A DNA stretch of 64,000 nt from Macrostomum lignano (lineage: Eukaryota): NCBI GenBank assembly GCA_002269645.1, contig NIVC01000097.1:1-64000 (forward strand), given 5' to 3'. Each line of letters starts with the position of its first letter. The first letter of the stretch is position 1. Position numbers and translations under genes: made by a program. Under the pieces are notes generated by a model. That model was not told where the DNA came from. It did not search any database and worked only from the letters and a program-made list of their open reading frames with translations. This document shows, one piece after another, positions 37,031-49,975 of the stretch.

Positions 37031-37598
37031 CTGTTCCACAACCCGCCGATTCCAACTGCGTGCACTGCGCTTTCCATCGACCGCGCGGCTGCGACTTCCG
37101 ACTCAATCGAAGCCAGTTCCGCGTCGCTCGATCCCGTTATTCTCTCAGCGCACTGCCCGTCCTTTACTAGAGCTAAGAGTCTTGGAGTCGGAGCAGCCCT
37201 GGCCTTGTTGAGCACGGACTCCCGAGCCAGCTTGATGCCCTTCGAGATTTCGGCTCGTTCGGAACTCATCGTCAGCCTGTCGACCGCGGAGTTGAAGTCC
37301 GACAGAGACGTCACGTCGTCGAAGTTGGCGAGAACCTGCGCAGTCTGCGAATGCCGATCAGAGCCAGTCGAGTTTTTGTGGGACCGATTGGAAATTTAGA
37401 GACCAAGGCCTTCACCTCTGAGAGCAGCCTGTCGAACTGTGTTTGAGAGCATGAAGACGATGTGTCCACTGCGACCACCAAGTCGAGCTGAGTAATGCAG
37501 GGGCTTGTCGAGCAGCTGAGCTCAATCTGATGCATGAGAAGCAAGGCAGTGCTGACGGACAGAGCTTTCAAAAAGCATTTGCCACAGTTTGTGAGCAT
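37031..37598 (-). CDS. Gene B exon 1: signal peptide + VWA1 (1-nt deletion at ~37350)
   Basis: 568 vs 569 nt in gene A; CTGCGA-ATGCC vs CTGCGACATGCC; donor AACAG|GTGAGA. Confidence 0.7.
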
Positions 37599-37934
37599 TT
37601 TTTAAAATGAATCGGTAAGTTCTGGTTAAATATTAAGTAAGTACCTGAATCAAAATAACTAGAATTGACTGCGGCAAATAGTACTAAATCTCAAGACGAA
37701 ACTAGCTCGATTCTGCTTGAATTCAAAAGCCTGTATCACGAGAAGGCTGTCTATGGCAACTTTTTCTATTGTGAGTACTTTTTGAAACTTTTGAGGAAAG
37801 CTTTGCGGAAGCAAGCATCGACCTGCTAAATTTATGTGTCATAAAAACCATACATGCACTTTTGGCTTAACTAAACATTAAGCCAGTGTGATGCTTACCG
37901 GTGCTGGGCCACTCGCCTTGCAGCTGAAGTTAAA

Positions 37935-38204
<270 letters not shown>

Positions 38205-38206
<2 letters not shown>

Positions 38207-38890
38207 GCCGAAGACGAACGAAGCAAAGGCTTCAATATAAGTACGTAAATGAAAAAGACCAGCTGAAGCAATACACCTTTTACCCTCGATTTTAAACTAG
38301 GAGAACTTCGAAACTGACAAACTCCTCTTCAATATTGGCACTCTATGGTCGGGCACTCAAAATATACAATCAATATTGACAGATCAGACTTTAATTTTGA
38401 CAAACTCCGGCTCAATTTTTGACAATGCACGTTTAGTCAACTTCTCTTGGGAGAATTCGGTAACAAAGTAATACAATGAAAGCCTAAACGGTGCTGAAGT
38501 TATCTGTGCGAAATCGGCTTATTGTGACCTTGCTTTTGGGATCTAAAAGTATTGATTAAATTTCTTATTCTCCATCCTTTTACACACACTTACAAATAGC
38601 CTGACCGGTTGGGCCGCAAAGTTCGATTCTATTTTGACAGAGTTGCTTCAAAACTGACACTATGGTCTGTGTACCCCAAAAGTCCAAAATCAATATGATG
38701 TCACGCAGTGTCGAATATCAGTGTCGAATATCCAAAAAGACGGTGTCACGCTGTATGCGATAGGAGTCAGAAGCACGGAAGGCTTGGATGAGTGAGTCGT
38801 TTTACTTTTGTCGAAGAAAAAATTGGCACCCACGACTGCAGGTTTTGGGTGACGTTTGACGTTTGGAAATTTGTAAAAATCAATTTTATT
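38205..38890 (+). pseudogene. Relic VWA paralog D: upstream fragment plus 3' end of the VWA2 exon
   Basis: 38205-38275 matches gene A upstream 18975-19045. 38727-38791 encodes NIQKDGVTLYAIGVRSTEGLD, followed by a phase-2 GTGAGT donor and intron sequence resembling 23415-23480. Confidence 0.65.
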
Positions 38891-38981
38891 TAAGCCTATA
38901 TTTAAGCCTACAATATTTATTTATTGTTTGAACTCTTCAAAATGGGTATGCTAGCATGTTTTTGATCAATCAATCAATCAG

Positions 38982-39739
38982 CAGGGGCATCGTCATGGAT
39001 TTTGTGGTGAGGGGCAAATCCAAGAATTCTACATGTACATGTACAGTGCAAGACTAAATTTCTACATGTATATTATTTTCAGAATCGGTGTTGCCAGCAC
39101 TCATTTTAGCGCCGCAGGCACTCATTTTAGCGCCGCAGGCACTCATTTTAGCGCCGCAGGCACTCATTTTAGCGCCGCAGGCACTCATTTTAGCGCGGCA
39201 GGCACTCATTTTAGCGCGGCAGGCACTCATTTTAGCACCGCAGGCACTCATTTTAGCGCGCAGGCACTCATTTTAGCGCCGCAGGCACTCATTTTAGCGC
39301 GGCAGGCACTCATTTTAGCGCGGCAGGCACTCATTTTAGCGCCGCAGGCACTCATTTTAGCGCGGCAGGCACTCATTTTAGCGCCGCAGGCACTCATTTT
39401 AGCGCGCAGGCACTCATTTTAGCGCTGCAGGCACTCATTTTAGCGCGGTAGGCACTAATTTTAGCGCCGCAGGCACTCATTTTAGCGCGGCAGGCACTCA
39501 TTTTAGCGCGGCAGGCACTCATTTTAGCGCGGCAGGCACTCATTTTAGCGCGGCAGGCACTCATTTTAGCGCGGCAGGCACTCATTTTGGTGCCTCAGGC
39601 GCTATGTTTTGTCGCCCTGAAGCAAAATTATTGATTTCCATAACAAGTCAAGAAAGGTGGGGTTGGGGACAAAGCATTGGCATGTCCTTTTTACTGGGGG
39701 GAAATGTCTCACCTGCCCCCCCCGGTGGCGACGCCCCTG
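38982..39739. mobile_element. hAT-like MITE carrying an internal 21-bp minisatellite (39098-39600)
   Basis: TIRs CAGGGGCATCGTCA / TGGCGACGCCCCTG; internal (GGCACTCATTTTAGCGCCGCA)n of ~23 units; no clear TSD. Confidence 0.65.
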
Positions 39740-39809
39740 ATTTCAAGGTGGTTTACGGAAAGAAGAAATCTATAACTAAAACTCTAGCTTTTTTTATACA
39801 GAAATCCTT

Positions 39810-40045
39810 GCATGGGGCATGGGTGGCATGGGGTATGAGGGGTATGAGTAAATGAGGGCATAAGTAAATGAGGGCATGAGTAAATGAGGGCATGAGTAAA
39901 TGAGGGCATGAGTAAATGAGGGCATGAGTAAATGAGGGCATGAGTAAATGAGGGCATGAGTAAATGAGGGCATGAGTAATGAGGGCATGAGTAATGAGGG
40001 CATGAGTAAATGAGGGCATGAGTAAATGAGGGCATGAGTAAATGA
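39810..40045. repeat. 15-bp minisatellite (GAGGGCATGAGTAAAT)-type
   Basis: About 14 units sharing the GGGCATGA core. Confidence 0.9.
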
Positions 40046-40064
40046 GGGGCCCTCGTTGGGTCGC

Positions 40065-40390
40065 CATCATAAACCCGAAAAATCACAACTCCGAAGGCAC
40101 TTCCCATCATAAACCCGAAAGATCGCAAACCCGAAAGATCGCAAACCCGAAAGATCACAAACCCGAAGTACTCGTATCACAAACCCGAAATATCATAACT
40201 CGGAAAGTGTTAGCAACGCTCATCACAAACCCGAAATATCATTGCTAGAACTTTCGGGTTTATGATATTTCGGGTTTATGATATTTCGGGTTTATGATAT
40301 TTCGGGTTTATGATATTTCGGGTTTGTGATATTTCGGGTTTATGATGAAAAGCGCTTTTCAGAGTTGTGATTTTTCGGGTTTGTGATGCC
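40065..40390. mobile_element. Foldback element with tandem AAACCCGAAA motifs in both inverted arms
   Basis: Left arm CATCATAAACCCGAAAAATCACAACTC; right arm GAGTTGTGATTTTTCGGGTTTGTGATG; repeated TTTCGGGTTTATGATA. Confidence 0.7.
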
Positions 40391-43300
40391 CCCTGTATAA
40401 CCTGCTGTATGCGCTTGCTGTGTTTGAAGTCAAGGACTACTATAGACTAGACGAAGTGTTCTAGATCATTCTTAGTGGCCCTTTTATGAAGCATGTAGAA
40501 ACTTCATGCTTGTTCATAATGAACTTCATGTATGTAAGAACCAGGGACTATACTAATTTAGTAGTCCCTGATAGGAACCTCATGCATTGAACTGGAGTTA
40601 TACCTATAATAATGGCTTAAGAGTACCTGAATGCAACATTTTTATTACAAATATACTTGATTCAAGAAGGAACGAGACAAAAAGTTAGCGAATGCCACAT
40701 GAGAGGATCTACAACTTTTCGGCTTAATGAATAAAAAGAAAATAATAGGAAATTAAAAGTTTAAGTTTTACTACACAGCTATATCTTCACTGCCCAGATC
40801 AAATGCAACCTGTGATTATGGGATGAAATAATCATTTTTATGTGATGAAATAGATTTTTCCTATCTCCGCAGTGCATTTTTCCAGGAAATTGGCCTCCAG
40901 AAATTATACGATTTGTTGGTTTTATGGCCTGTTATACTATAATTGTAAATTGCATAGAAATATATTTAGCCAATGCTTGCTTTGCATTGCATTCTGTTTC
41001 AATATTGATAACCTTACAAATGCTCTTGTGCTAATCTAATCAACATACTAATTGTTTACCGTAACACTAATCACACTACTTCTAGTAGCTGAAGCATGTA
41101 TTTGTCTAAAAAGCCAAAAGTCTTCTCCCAAATTTGATTTAAAGCACTGACTGGATCCAATTGTTTTGATTTCTTGGCTGATCTGCACGCGCGCGGTTTC
41201 TGGGCAAGGGGTAAGCGGAAGGCTTGGCATTGATATGTTTATCCGGCGCTGTCCGCTGTATGTAGGCGGGGGTCAGGTGCTTTGGCTGATGGGGTTCGGG
41301 GCAGTTGATAAGAACCTTGCCGCGCAGCTGCAAGATCTATATGTATGACGCAACAGCTTCGGCAGCCTGTCAAAATAGCATGGAAAGAATGGACACAGTC
41401 TGTAGACAGAATTTAACTTTAACATCTCTTGGAAGAGTGAAATTGAAATAAGAAGATCATTGTGAGCTAGGATCTACATTCGCTGGGAACAGGGTGTAGA
41501 GGCCATAATTCAATTCGCTTTTCATCTAATTCCAATTCGGACAAGCTGCGAGATTCGATATAACACTCCCAAATCACCATCGCAGCATCCATCATCACCT
41601 CTGCAGCCATCTTGCGTGCTAAACCTAATCTAAGCAGATTTTATCGGGCCCATGGGCCCGTACTCTGGTAGCGCTCTCATGCTCTGCCTTACTGGAAAGA
41701 AGTTCGCTTGGAGATTTAGTTGAGAATGAGGAGGCGAGACAAGCAATCGGAGAGGGTGACGGTTGGGATCTAATCGAAATGGAGGCAGCTTAGGCCCCGT
41801 CCCGCTAGCTGCAACTCTTCAGACCAGCCGATTACGCAATCACTTAGTCCCTAGACTCCCCTACCGAAATCCGAAGGGCCTTCACTACTGCGTGCCCTCC
41901 TCGCATTCGATTCCTCCCTTTGTTGACTATTAAAAGCGATCTCTCTCCCCATTCTCAGACGAGTTTTATGGGCCTGGGGGCCTCACAGCGCTGAATCAAT
42001 TGTGTAGATGCGACCAGTTGCTAATTACAAGCATCGATGGCCCTCATTTTTCCTATTAATCTATTAATTTTATCTTTAATGTTAACTATAGTCATGTCCA
42101 TGCAGCAAAACCCTCTCGTGCTGTAATTACATGTAAGGGCCTTGCAGTTGTACAAAGGAGACAAACCTAATTACATTCTAGATCGTTTTCCTGTTACCGC
42201 TTGAACGAATGCCCCTTTTGCTTGCTGACTGGTGCACACCGCATGTGAGCTTGCGTGTTGCTTGCTTGAGAAAGCCGGTCTATGCTTTCGTTGGTCATTG
42301 AGACCCTCTGTGTTTTTAATTGCAAGCTTGCTGGCTATAGTCTAGAGATCATGACATTTAGATTTCGGTTGCCACGCTCATTGTCTCTTAGCCTGGGAAA
42401 AAGAGTCATTGGCGGCGAAACTTTAAGAAGCTTGGGGAGTGGAAATTCGAGGAATGGGAAGTTTGGAAGCGCAAAACTTCCTGAAATACTGTCTGTCTAT
42501 GCGCAAAACTTCCTGAAATACTGTCTGTCTATTCACTGCATCGTTTCGTTTCTACTAGAATTGGGTGGCCGCAGGTCTTTTATAACAAGTATAGTTCTTT
42601 TTGTGTGTGTATGAGGCAGGGAGCTTAAGCGACATTGTCACACAACCGGCGAGAGGCATTACTGGCCAAGTTCCGTCGACTCCCTGAGCAGGCACACAAG
42701 AGCGCGGACACGTACGCAGTCATACACACACAGGCACACGTTCACACAGGAGTGTACACAGGGACCCTGACTTTATTTATCGTTGGGCATGTACACTTCA
42801 CTGTGCCTTGGGGGTTGGCTCTCAAGGCCGTTAATTGCACGAGTAGACCCAAGCAAAATTAGTATGGCTGCACTTGAGATCGAGCACGGGCCACTGGTAC
42901 GTTAGTGGTACGTAAGACCACTTTACGCCACGCTAGACCACTTGGCTCTGGTCCTCCCCATGTTCCAAGTCTTGCTTTGCAAGACAAATTTAAAATGCAG
43001 ATAAGCTCCTGTCTTTATCTGTTTTATAAAATTCTCTCAAAATCCATTCCACGGCCTCTCTTATCCCTCGCTATTTCACCCATTTCCCAAGCAGTAAGTC
43101 TGCATCCCTCCTTCCCTGCATCCTGATCCAGCAACAAGCTCGGCCATTAAACGTTCCGGCGTAAAACTTGGGAAAAGCTAATTTCGTGCGAAAAGCCGAG
43201 CTTAAACCATAAAATCCGGGCCAGCTTTACAGGGCCCCTAATAACTAGGAAGCATCTGCTGTCCTCAGAGGAAACTACTATATGCAGTTTGCCCGGCTGA

Positions 43301-44553
43301 AGGCAAAAGTCAGCAATTTTTCTTCTTTTCTTCTGCATCTGCGCAATAGCGTTCCCTAAAGAGTGGAACGAACTCTGAGGGAATCGAGCGATTTGTAGCG
43401 AATTAAAGTCTTGCTTCCATCGTTTTGTGGACTTTGCCAACTGACTATTCTAGCTCGCAACGAGTGGCACGGGTAACAGGCGATCTGATTATGCATATTT
43501 TTATATCTTGCATTGGAACGCAATTTCAGACAAACTGTTGCACAAATTTCAAATATCAATTGCAGTCAAAACTTCGAGTCCAAAATTGCGACCAAATTTT
43601 TGTGCAAGTTGTTACACGGTCTCTGTACGATATTCTAATATAAAATGCACTGACTTTGTCCGGGCACAGACTCAGCTATCAAGGGCCATTCGAGGGTGAG
43701 TAAGAGTGAGAACGAGTAGTTGAGCAGGAAGAGTGTTTGCTTGACTTAACGGACAGTAGTGCTTTCCTTCATTGGACTGCCTGAGCTCACAGTAGGCTAT
43801 AGTAGGAGAGCAAAGCAAAGAAGTGAAATACGCTGTGGCATATATTAAGGTAGAAAAAATAAGAATGCCCCTTGGCGTGCTCAAAGATTTACTGACAAAC
43901 AAAGGCAAACCCTAGCGTCTTTCAAGACTCTGGTCTAGAGTCCAGGCAGGCCTCTTTAACCGAGGCGCTCGCCTCCGCTCTCCGTTTTTCAAAGCTTCCA
44001 CAAAAATCTCCTCAATTCAAGTCAGAGATCTCGTCCGTACTCCTCCGTGTCTGGAAGGGGGGCCTCTTGCTCAGCCTTCGCTCTTCTCGCTCACACGCCC
44101 TGTCTGTCTGTCTGCCCTTGCTCTCAACACGCACCGCCCCCCCCTCTGAGTCAAGGGGAAGACCAGCTAGCAGTGAGAACAGGCGACTGTGTTGGGGTGG
44201 AGCGCTTGCGTGCTGACTGGTTCAGCATGGCCAGCCACCCCACTCCCCAATTCTCTCTGTCTGGCCCCCTACCAACCCTAAATAGCCATTCCCCGTGCCT
44301 CCTCCAATGGTTGAAAAAGGCCCACTTGCAAAGGACTAACAAACGTCTACCAACAAACGGGCATCAAATAAAATACAAGAAGCCAATAAAGTGTTTGGTC
44401 AAATCAATATACATTGCCTATCTTAATTCCAGGAATATTTTGAAATAGCAAACTAAAGTAATGCGATCGGCTCAAGCCTAGGGCAGACTACAGCCTTCAT
44501 GCCGCCACACGGTTGAAAAAAAGACATTGTCAAGCAGAACTGCCAGGATCACT

Positions 44554-47500
44554 ATGCAGGCAGCTGTTCTGCTGCTCAGTCTGCTGCTGTTGAGTGTCCA
44601 ACGAAAGTCGTCAGCCGCTGGCGTCACATTCCACGTAGAGGAGAACGGATCCCAACCCGACCTGCTAGTTGGCAACGTGAAGTCGGATGATTGCGTGGCG
44701 CCTTTCAACTCGTTCAATATCGAGTCGAACAAGTTCAGCCTGGACTCCGGCACTGGCGACATTAAAACAAAGATTCGCTTGGACAGAGAGCAGCGCGCCG
44801 CGTACAGCTTTCACGTGATTTGCGGTGACTCGGTTGTCAGCGTCACGGTGCTAGTCGACGACAAGAACGATTGCTATCCGACATTTCAAAACGCGTCTAT
44901 CATGCTGCGCCGACCGGAGAGCATTCCCACTCCGACCTCCCTGCCACTCACGTACGTAGAGGACTTGGATTCGCCTGAGAACTCCATTGATCGAGTCGAG
45001 GTGACGTCGGGCAATGATGACAACCGATTTAGCGTCCAGCTGCAGGCACAGTCGGGTAGGCCAACTCGGTTTGATGTTATCCTTGTGCTCCAGACTCCTC
45101 TAGATTACGAATCTGCGGCATTGCACCAGCTGCAGTTGACGGCTTTTGACAAGCGGGGCCTGACCGCCATTGCCAGCGTCACTATCTACGTCGATAACGT
45201 CAACGATGAAAAGCCAATATTTTCGCTGCCGCTATATTCGGCAAACGTGTCGGAAAATGCTACAGTTGGCACAGAGATTCTTCAGGTTCGAGCAACCGAT
45301 CGCGATCTGGGAGATTTCAATACGGTCAGGTACTACATTAATTATGAGGTGTCTGACCCCAACAGACACTTTAGGATTGACCCAGTATCTGGAAGTATTC
45401 GACTAGATAAGCCGCTGGATTACGAGCTGCGGCAGCTTCACTCGGTTGTAGTTATAGCAACAGACGGTGTCAACAATAGCACCGCCAATGTCATCGTTCG
45501 CATTGCTGACATCAATGACAGGCCGCCTCAAATAACATTTTTGAACCTCACGACGGGCAGTCTGACCCAGAATGCCATGCTTGGACAGCCGATCATTCGA
45601 GTCGAAGTTCGCGACCCTGACAGGCCAACAGATCCGGTAGAGGTCCGTCTGTCCGCGCCGTTCAAATCATTCAAGTTAGTGCCGTTGGAGACAAATATCT
45701 TCGTGATTCAAGTCGACGCACAGCTTAGTCCGCGGGTTTACAAATTGGTTTTAACCGCCACTGATGCTGGCAACCCGCCTTTAAGTGTCGCCACAACAAT
45801 TGACATTCCCGTTCTCGCAAGCAATGATCACGTGCCAGTCTTTCAAAAACCAATCTACCACGTGGCCACTAGCCAGTCAGTAATTGCTGGCAATCAACTT
45901 ATTCGAGTTCTTGCCACCGATCCAGATGGAACAGCCGTATCGTATTCATTAACAGCCTCACCTGCGGACAAGGGTCTATTCGACATTGACGCAAGCACGG
46001 GCTGGGTGAAAATTGGCATTAGACCGCTGTCCTGCGGCTCATTCACTGTCCAGCTGCACGCCAGGGACGCTGGTACGCCGCAAAAAACGGGCAATGCCAC
46101 TCTAGTTGTGTTCGTCACTGGCAGCAATCAGTACCCGCCTCGCTTCTCCAAACCATTCTATTCGGTTTCTCTGCCGACTGTGAGTGTCTCGTCATGCTTC
46201 TCCCAAGTGCAAGCAGCAGACAGAGACTGTGGCGCAGCGCTTAGCTACACATTTCAAAGCAGCATGTCTGATGCGTACGGGCCCGCGTTTGAGTCAGCAT
46301 ATTCAATAGATAGCTATACGGGCTATATTTGCGTGAAGAATGCAACAAGAGTACTGGCATTTGGAAGCTGGATTGATTTTCCCATGAAGGTGGTTGACTC
46401 AGCGGCTGGGGTTACAAGAGAGAGCTATTCACTCATACGGCTTGTCATCACTGATGCTACCCCCAGCAGTGGCTTTACAAAGCGATTCCCTTTTACAAGC
46501 TATCGATTGGATATCAGCGAGAACTATCCAGTCCACAGCGTTCTTGTGGATGTTGCCGCCATCGGCGGCTCAGAATATTTTCTTGCTGGCGCAAGCAGTC
46601 ACTTTGCATTATATGTCAATGGTACGCTTGCATTGACTAATCCTTTAGATTACGAGAATGGCCCCAGGGAGTTTTCTCTCACAGTGAATTCACCGGGTGT
46701 ACCCGGAAATTTGATAGTTAGCCTGCATGTTGTCAACGAGAATGATAATTACCCAGATTGCTCAGGCGTAGTCAAAGAGCTTTCAGTAGCAGACAGCTCT
46801 AAGCCTTTCTCTAAAATTGCTCAGCTCAACTGCCAGGACCCAGACAATGGGCCCGGGCCTTTTTATGCGGGTAATTTTGACCACTTTATCCTGAGCACTA
46901 GCGGAGCTCTCACAGTCAGAGACAGCTTGACTCATCTGGCTGGAGAGACGGTGGGCCTCTTCGTTCGCGCCTGCGATCCGGACAACCAATGCGTCAATTT
47001 TACTTTGAGCATAAACATCTACGACACGAATGACCACGCTCCGGTGTTCTCACAGCCAGCCGGCTACTGGTTCAAAGTGAAGGAGGGTGCCGCAGTGGGA
47101 AGCAGACTGGGCGCCACGCAAGCAACCGACAGAGATCTAGGCGCTAACGGGCTTGTTAAGTATTCGCTTCTTTCTTCTACCGATGTGTTTACGATTGGCT
47201 CAACAGACGGAGTACTGAAAACTGCAGTCGAATTGGATCGCGAAAAAGTCAGCTCCTACTCAGTTCAAATTGTCGCCCACGACTCTGGGAGTCCAAGTAG
47301 AAGTACAACGGTTCAAGCTGCAGTAGTTATCCAGGATGTGAACGACGTTGCACCAAGATTTCGACTACCACAGTATCAAATTAGCGTGTCCGATTTGACA
47401 CCAGTGGCTTCCACACTGATTGTTGTTGACGCGGCGGACCCTGATCTGGGAATTGGAGGCTCTTTGTTCTATTTTCTAAAGGGTGCTGCAGCAGAATTCG

Positions 47501-49975
47501 TCAGCGTGCACCGCATTACCGGTGTCATCTCAGTCACAAAGCAACTGCCAGTTGGCACCTTGGGTGGGCAGCTCACTGTCTACGACGGGGAGGGACTAAG
47601 CAGCTATGCACTCTTGTCAATCACTGTCAACTCAGTTCCGGAGTGGCCGAACACCACTGTCACAATGGCTGTGAGTGAGTCAGCGAGTGTCGGATCTCTA
47701 GTGGGTCAGATTCTATCCCCGTCTCAAAAAACATACTATACAATACTGAAAGCCGCTGACGGTGCTATCTGGCTCTCTGTCAATTCTGGCAATGTTTACA
47801 TCAACCGGCCTCTTGATAGAGAAACCGCGCCCTATCACGATTACGAAGTGTTGATGACGGACGCTGCAGAGAAGGGATTGGGCCGGCCGCAGACAGCCAG
47901 GGTGGCACTGAGAATTTACGTGCTGGACGAAAATGACAACTCGCCAGAGTTTCCTGAGTTGGCCAGGTCCCCCACAATTATCGTGGCTGAAGACACGCCG
48001 AGCGGATCGGTTGTGTTCTCATTTGATGCAACCGACGCAGACTTTGGGTTGAACGGTACGATTCGATACCAACTGGCCTCAGCGAGCTCTATATTTTACC
48101 TTGATGAGACCACTGGAAAGCTGTTTACCCGCCAGGCTCTCGATCGGGAAACAACTGGTGAACGAGTTCAAGTTGGAATAATAGCTGTAGACAACTGTCA
48201 GGAGGTCCCAATGTGCTTCCGAACTGAACCGGCAGTTCTGACTGTCATAATTAAAGATATTAACGAGCACACGCCAAGCCTATCGTTCGACGGAGATGCT
48301 TTCTATATTGTCTCAGACGAGCCAGATGCCATCATAGCTCACGTTGAAGGAGTCGACCAAGATTCTGGCGCAAATGGCTCAATATCATATAGCCTGAGCC
48401 AAGAGACCGAAGCTAAGATAGATAATTATGGCTTGATTCGCCTCCAAGCACCCAACACTCAGCCGATAGTAGTAAATGTCACAGTCATGGACGGAGTTCC
48501 GGGGAGCTTGGGCCGATCTAACTGGAAGGTTCACACCATTCCAATTAAAACCTTATCCAGCCGAAGCACTCCAAAGTTCAGCAAATCAGCCTACTCAGTA
48601 AGCATCAGCTCCCGATCCTCGAAGGGCCAGGATGTTCTTCAGCTTCAGATTAAGCCATTCAATGGTCCAGTAGACTTTCGAATCCCGTCCGGACTTCTAA
48701 ACAATTTGTTCGTCGTAGATTCGGTCAGTGGCCAGGTTCGTCTGGGGCGCACCCTGCCGCAGACCGTATCGAGTCAGTCAGCCTACTCACTGACTGCCAT
48801 CGTGTCCGATCGAGTGAACCCTCTGCAACTGGACCTGTGTGAGGTCTCAATCACCCTGCTGGACTCTAATGATCATTCTCCGACGTTTCTGACTGCCTAC
48901 TATACGGAAGTACCGGAAGGACAGGCTTTCACGGACATTCTCACGCTGGCAGCCTACGACTTGGACCGGGGTCCGGCGGGTTATATCATCTACTCAATGG
49001 AAGGAAGCAACGGGCGATTCATCCTTGATCCCAGAAGCGGCCGCTTGTCTTGCGCCGCTCTCGACAGTCAGGTGGCTTCGCAGTACCTCCTAAATATCAC
49101 TGCAACAGATGGCGGAGGTCGAACTGGCAGAACCACGGCAACAATTAGAATCCTGCCAGTGAATCGATTCGCGCCGACTTTCCAGAGTAGCCGATACACC
49201 GCCTCTGTTTCGGAGTCTGCTCCTGTTGGGACTTCGATTGTGAATGTCACCGCGTTGGACAGGGACACCGGTGAAAACGGCCGGGTCGGCTACGCAATCC
49301 TGGGCAAGTCGGACACTTTTAGTCTGAATCCGGACACCGGGGAGATCAAGCTGGCCAAGCCACTCGATAAAGAGCGCCAGCCTTTTGTGTCGATCGTCGT
49401 GAAAGCCGTCGACGGCAGCCCGGTGAACCCGATGTCCTCCCTAGTTAGTGTTGACGTTGAAATTCTCGATGGCAACGATCAACGTCCGATATTTCAGCAG
49501 ACCTACTATAGTCTGCGCGTGTCTAGAAGTCTGGCCGTCAGCTCCCTGCTGACTACCCTTCGTGCAACAGACGATGACAGCTCGCCAGGCAACAGCGCTG
49601 TCAGCTACAGCATTGAGAAGAACGACTACGTCGCCGTGAACTCGGCTACCGGACAGGCCACTCTGATTCGAAGTCTGTCAGCAGGTGAAGCTGTCTACTC
49701 GTTCGCTGTCCGGGCCAGCGACTCCGGTACCCCTCGACCGCTGCACTCGGAGACGGTGCTGCTGCTACAGCTCGGCGCGCCCCCGTCGCCAGTCCTGGTC
49801 TTCGTCTCGGCAAATTATTCAGCCAGCTTAGCTGAGAACTCGCCGCCTGGCCGGTGCGTTCTGGACGCGGCGGCCTCCGCCAGGTGCCTCTCCGTTGCTA
49901 CCGTGCCGCCAGCCAGTCAGTACAAGATCGTTGGCGGAAATGAGGACCAACTGTTTGCCATCGATTCGACCACAG
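44554..49975 (+). CDS. Giant protocadherin (Dachsous/Fat family), first coding exon: signal peptide + ~16-17 cadherin repeats
   Basis: 5.4-kb open frame; signal peptide MQAAVLLLSLLLLSV; repeated LDRE/LDYE, AxDxD and DxNDxxPxF motifs; donor ACAG|GTGAG, phase 1. A Cys in the strand before repeat 6's LDRE position (GYICVK) resembles Dachsous, but the subfamily is not certain. Confidence 0.93.
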
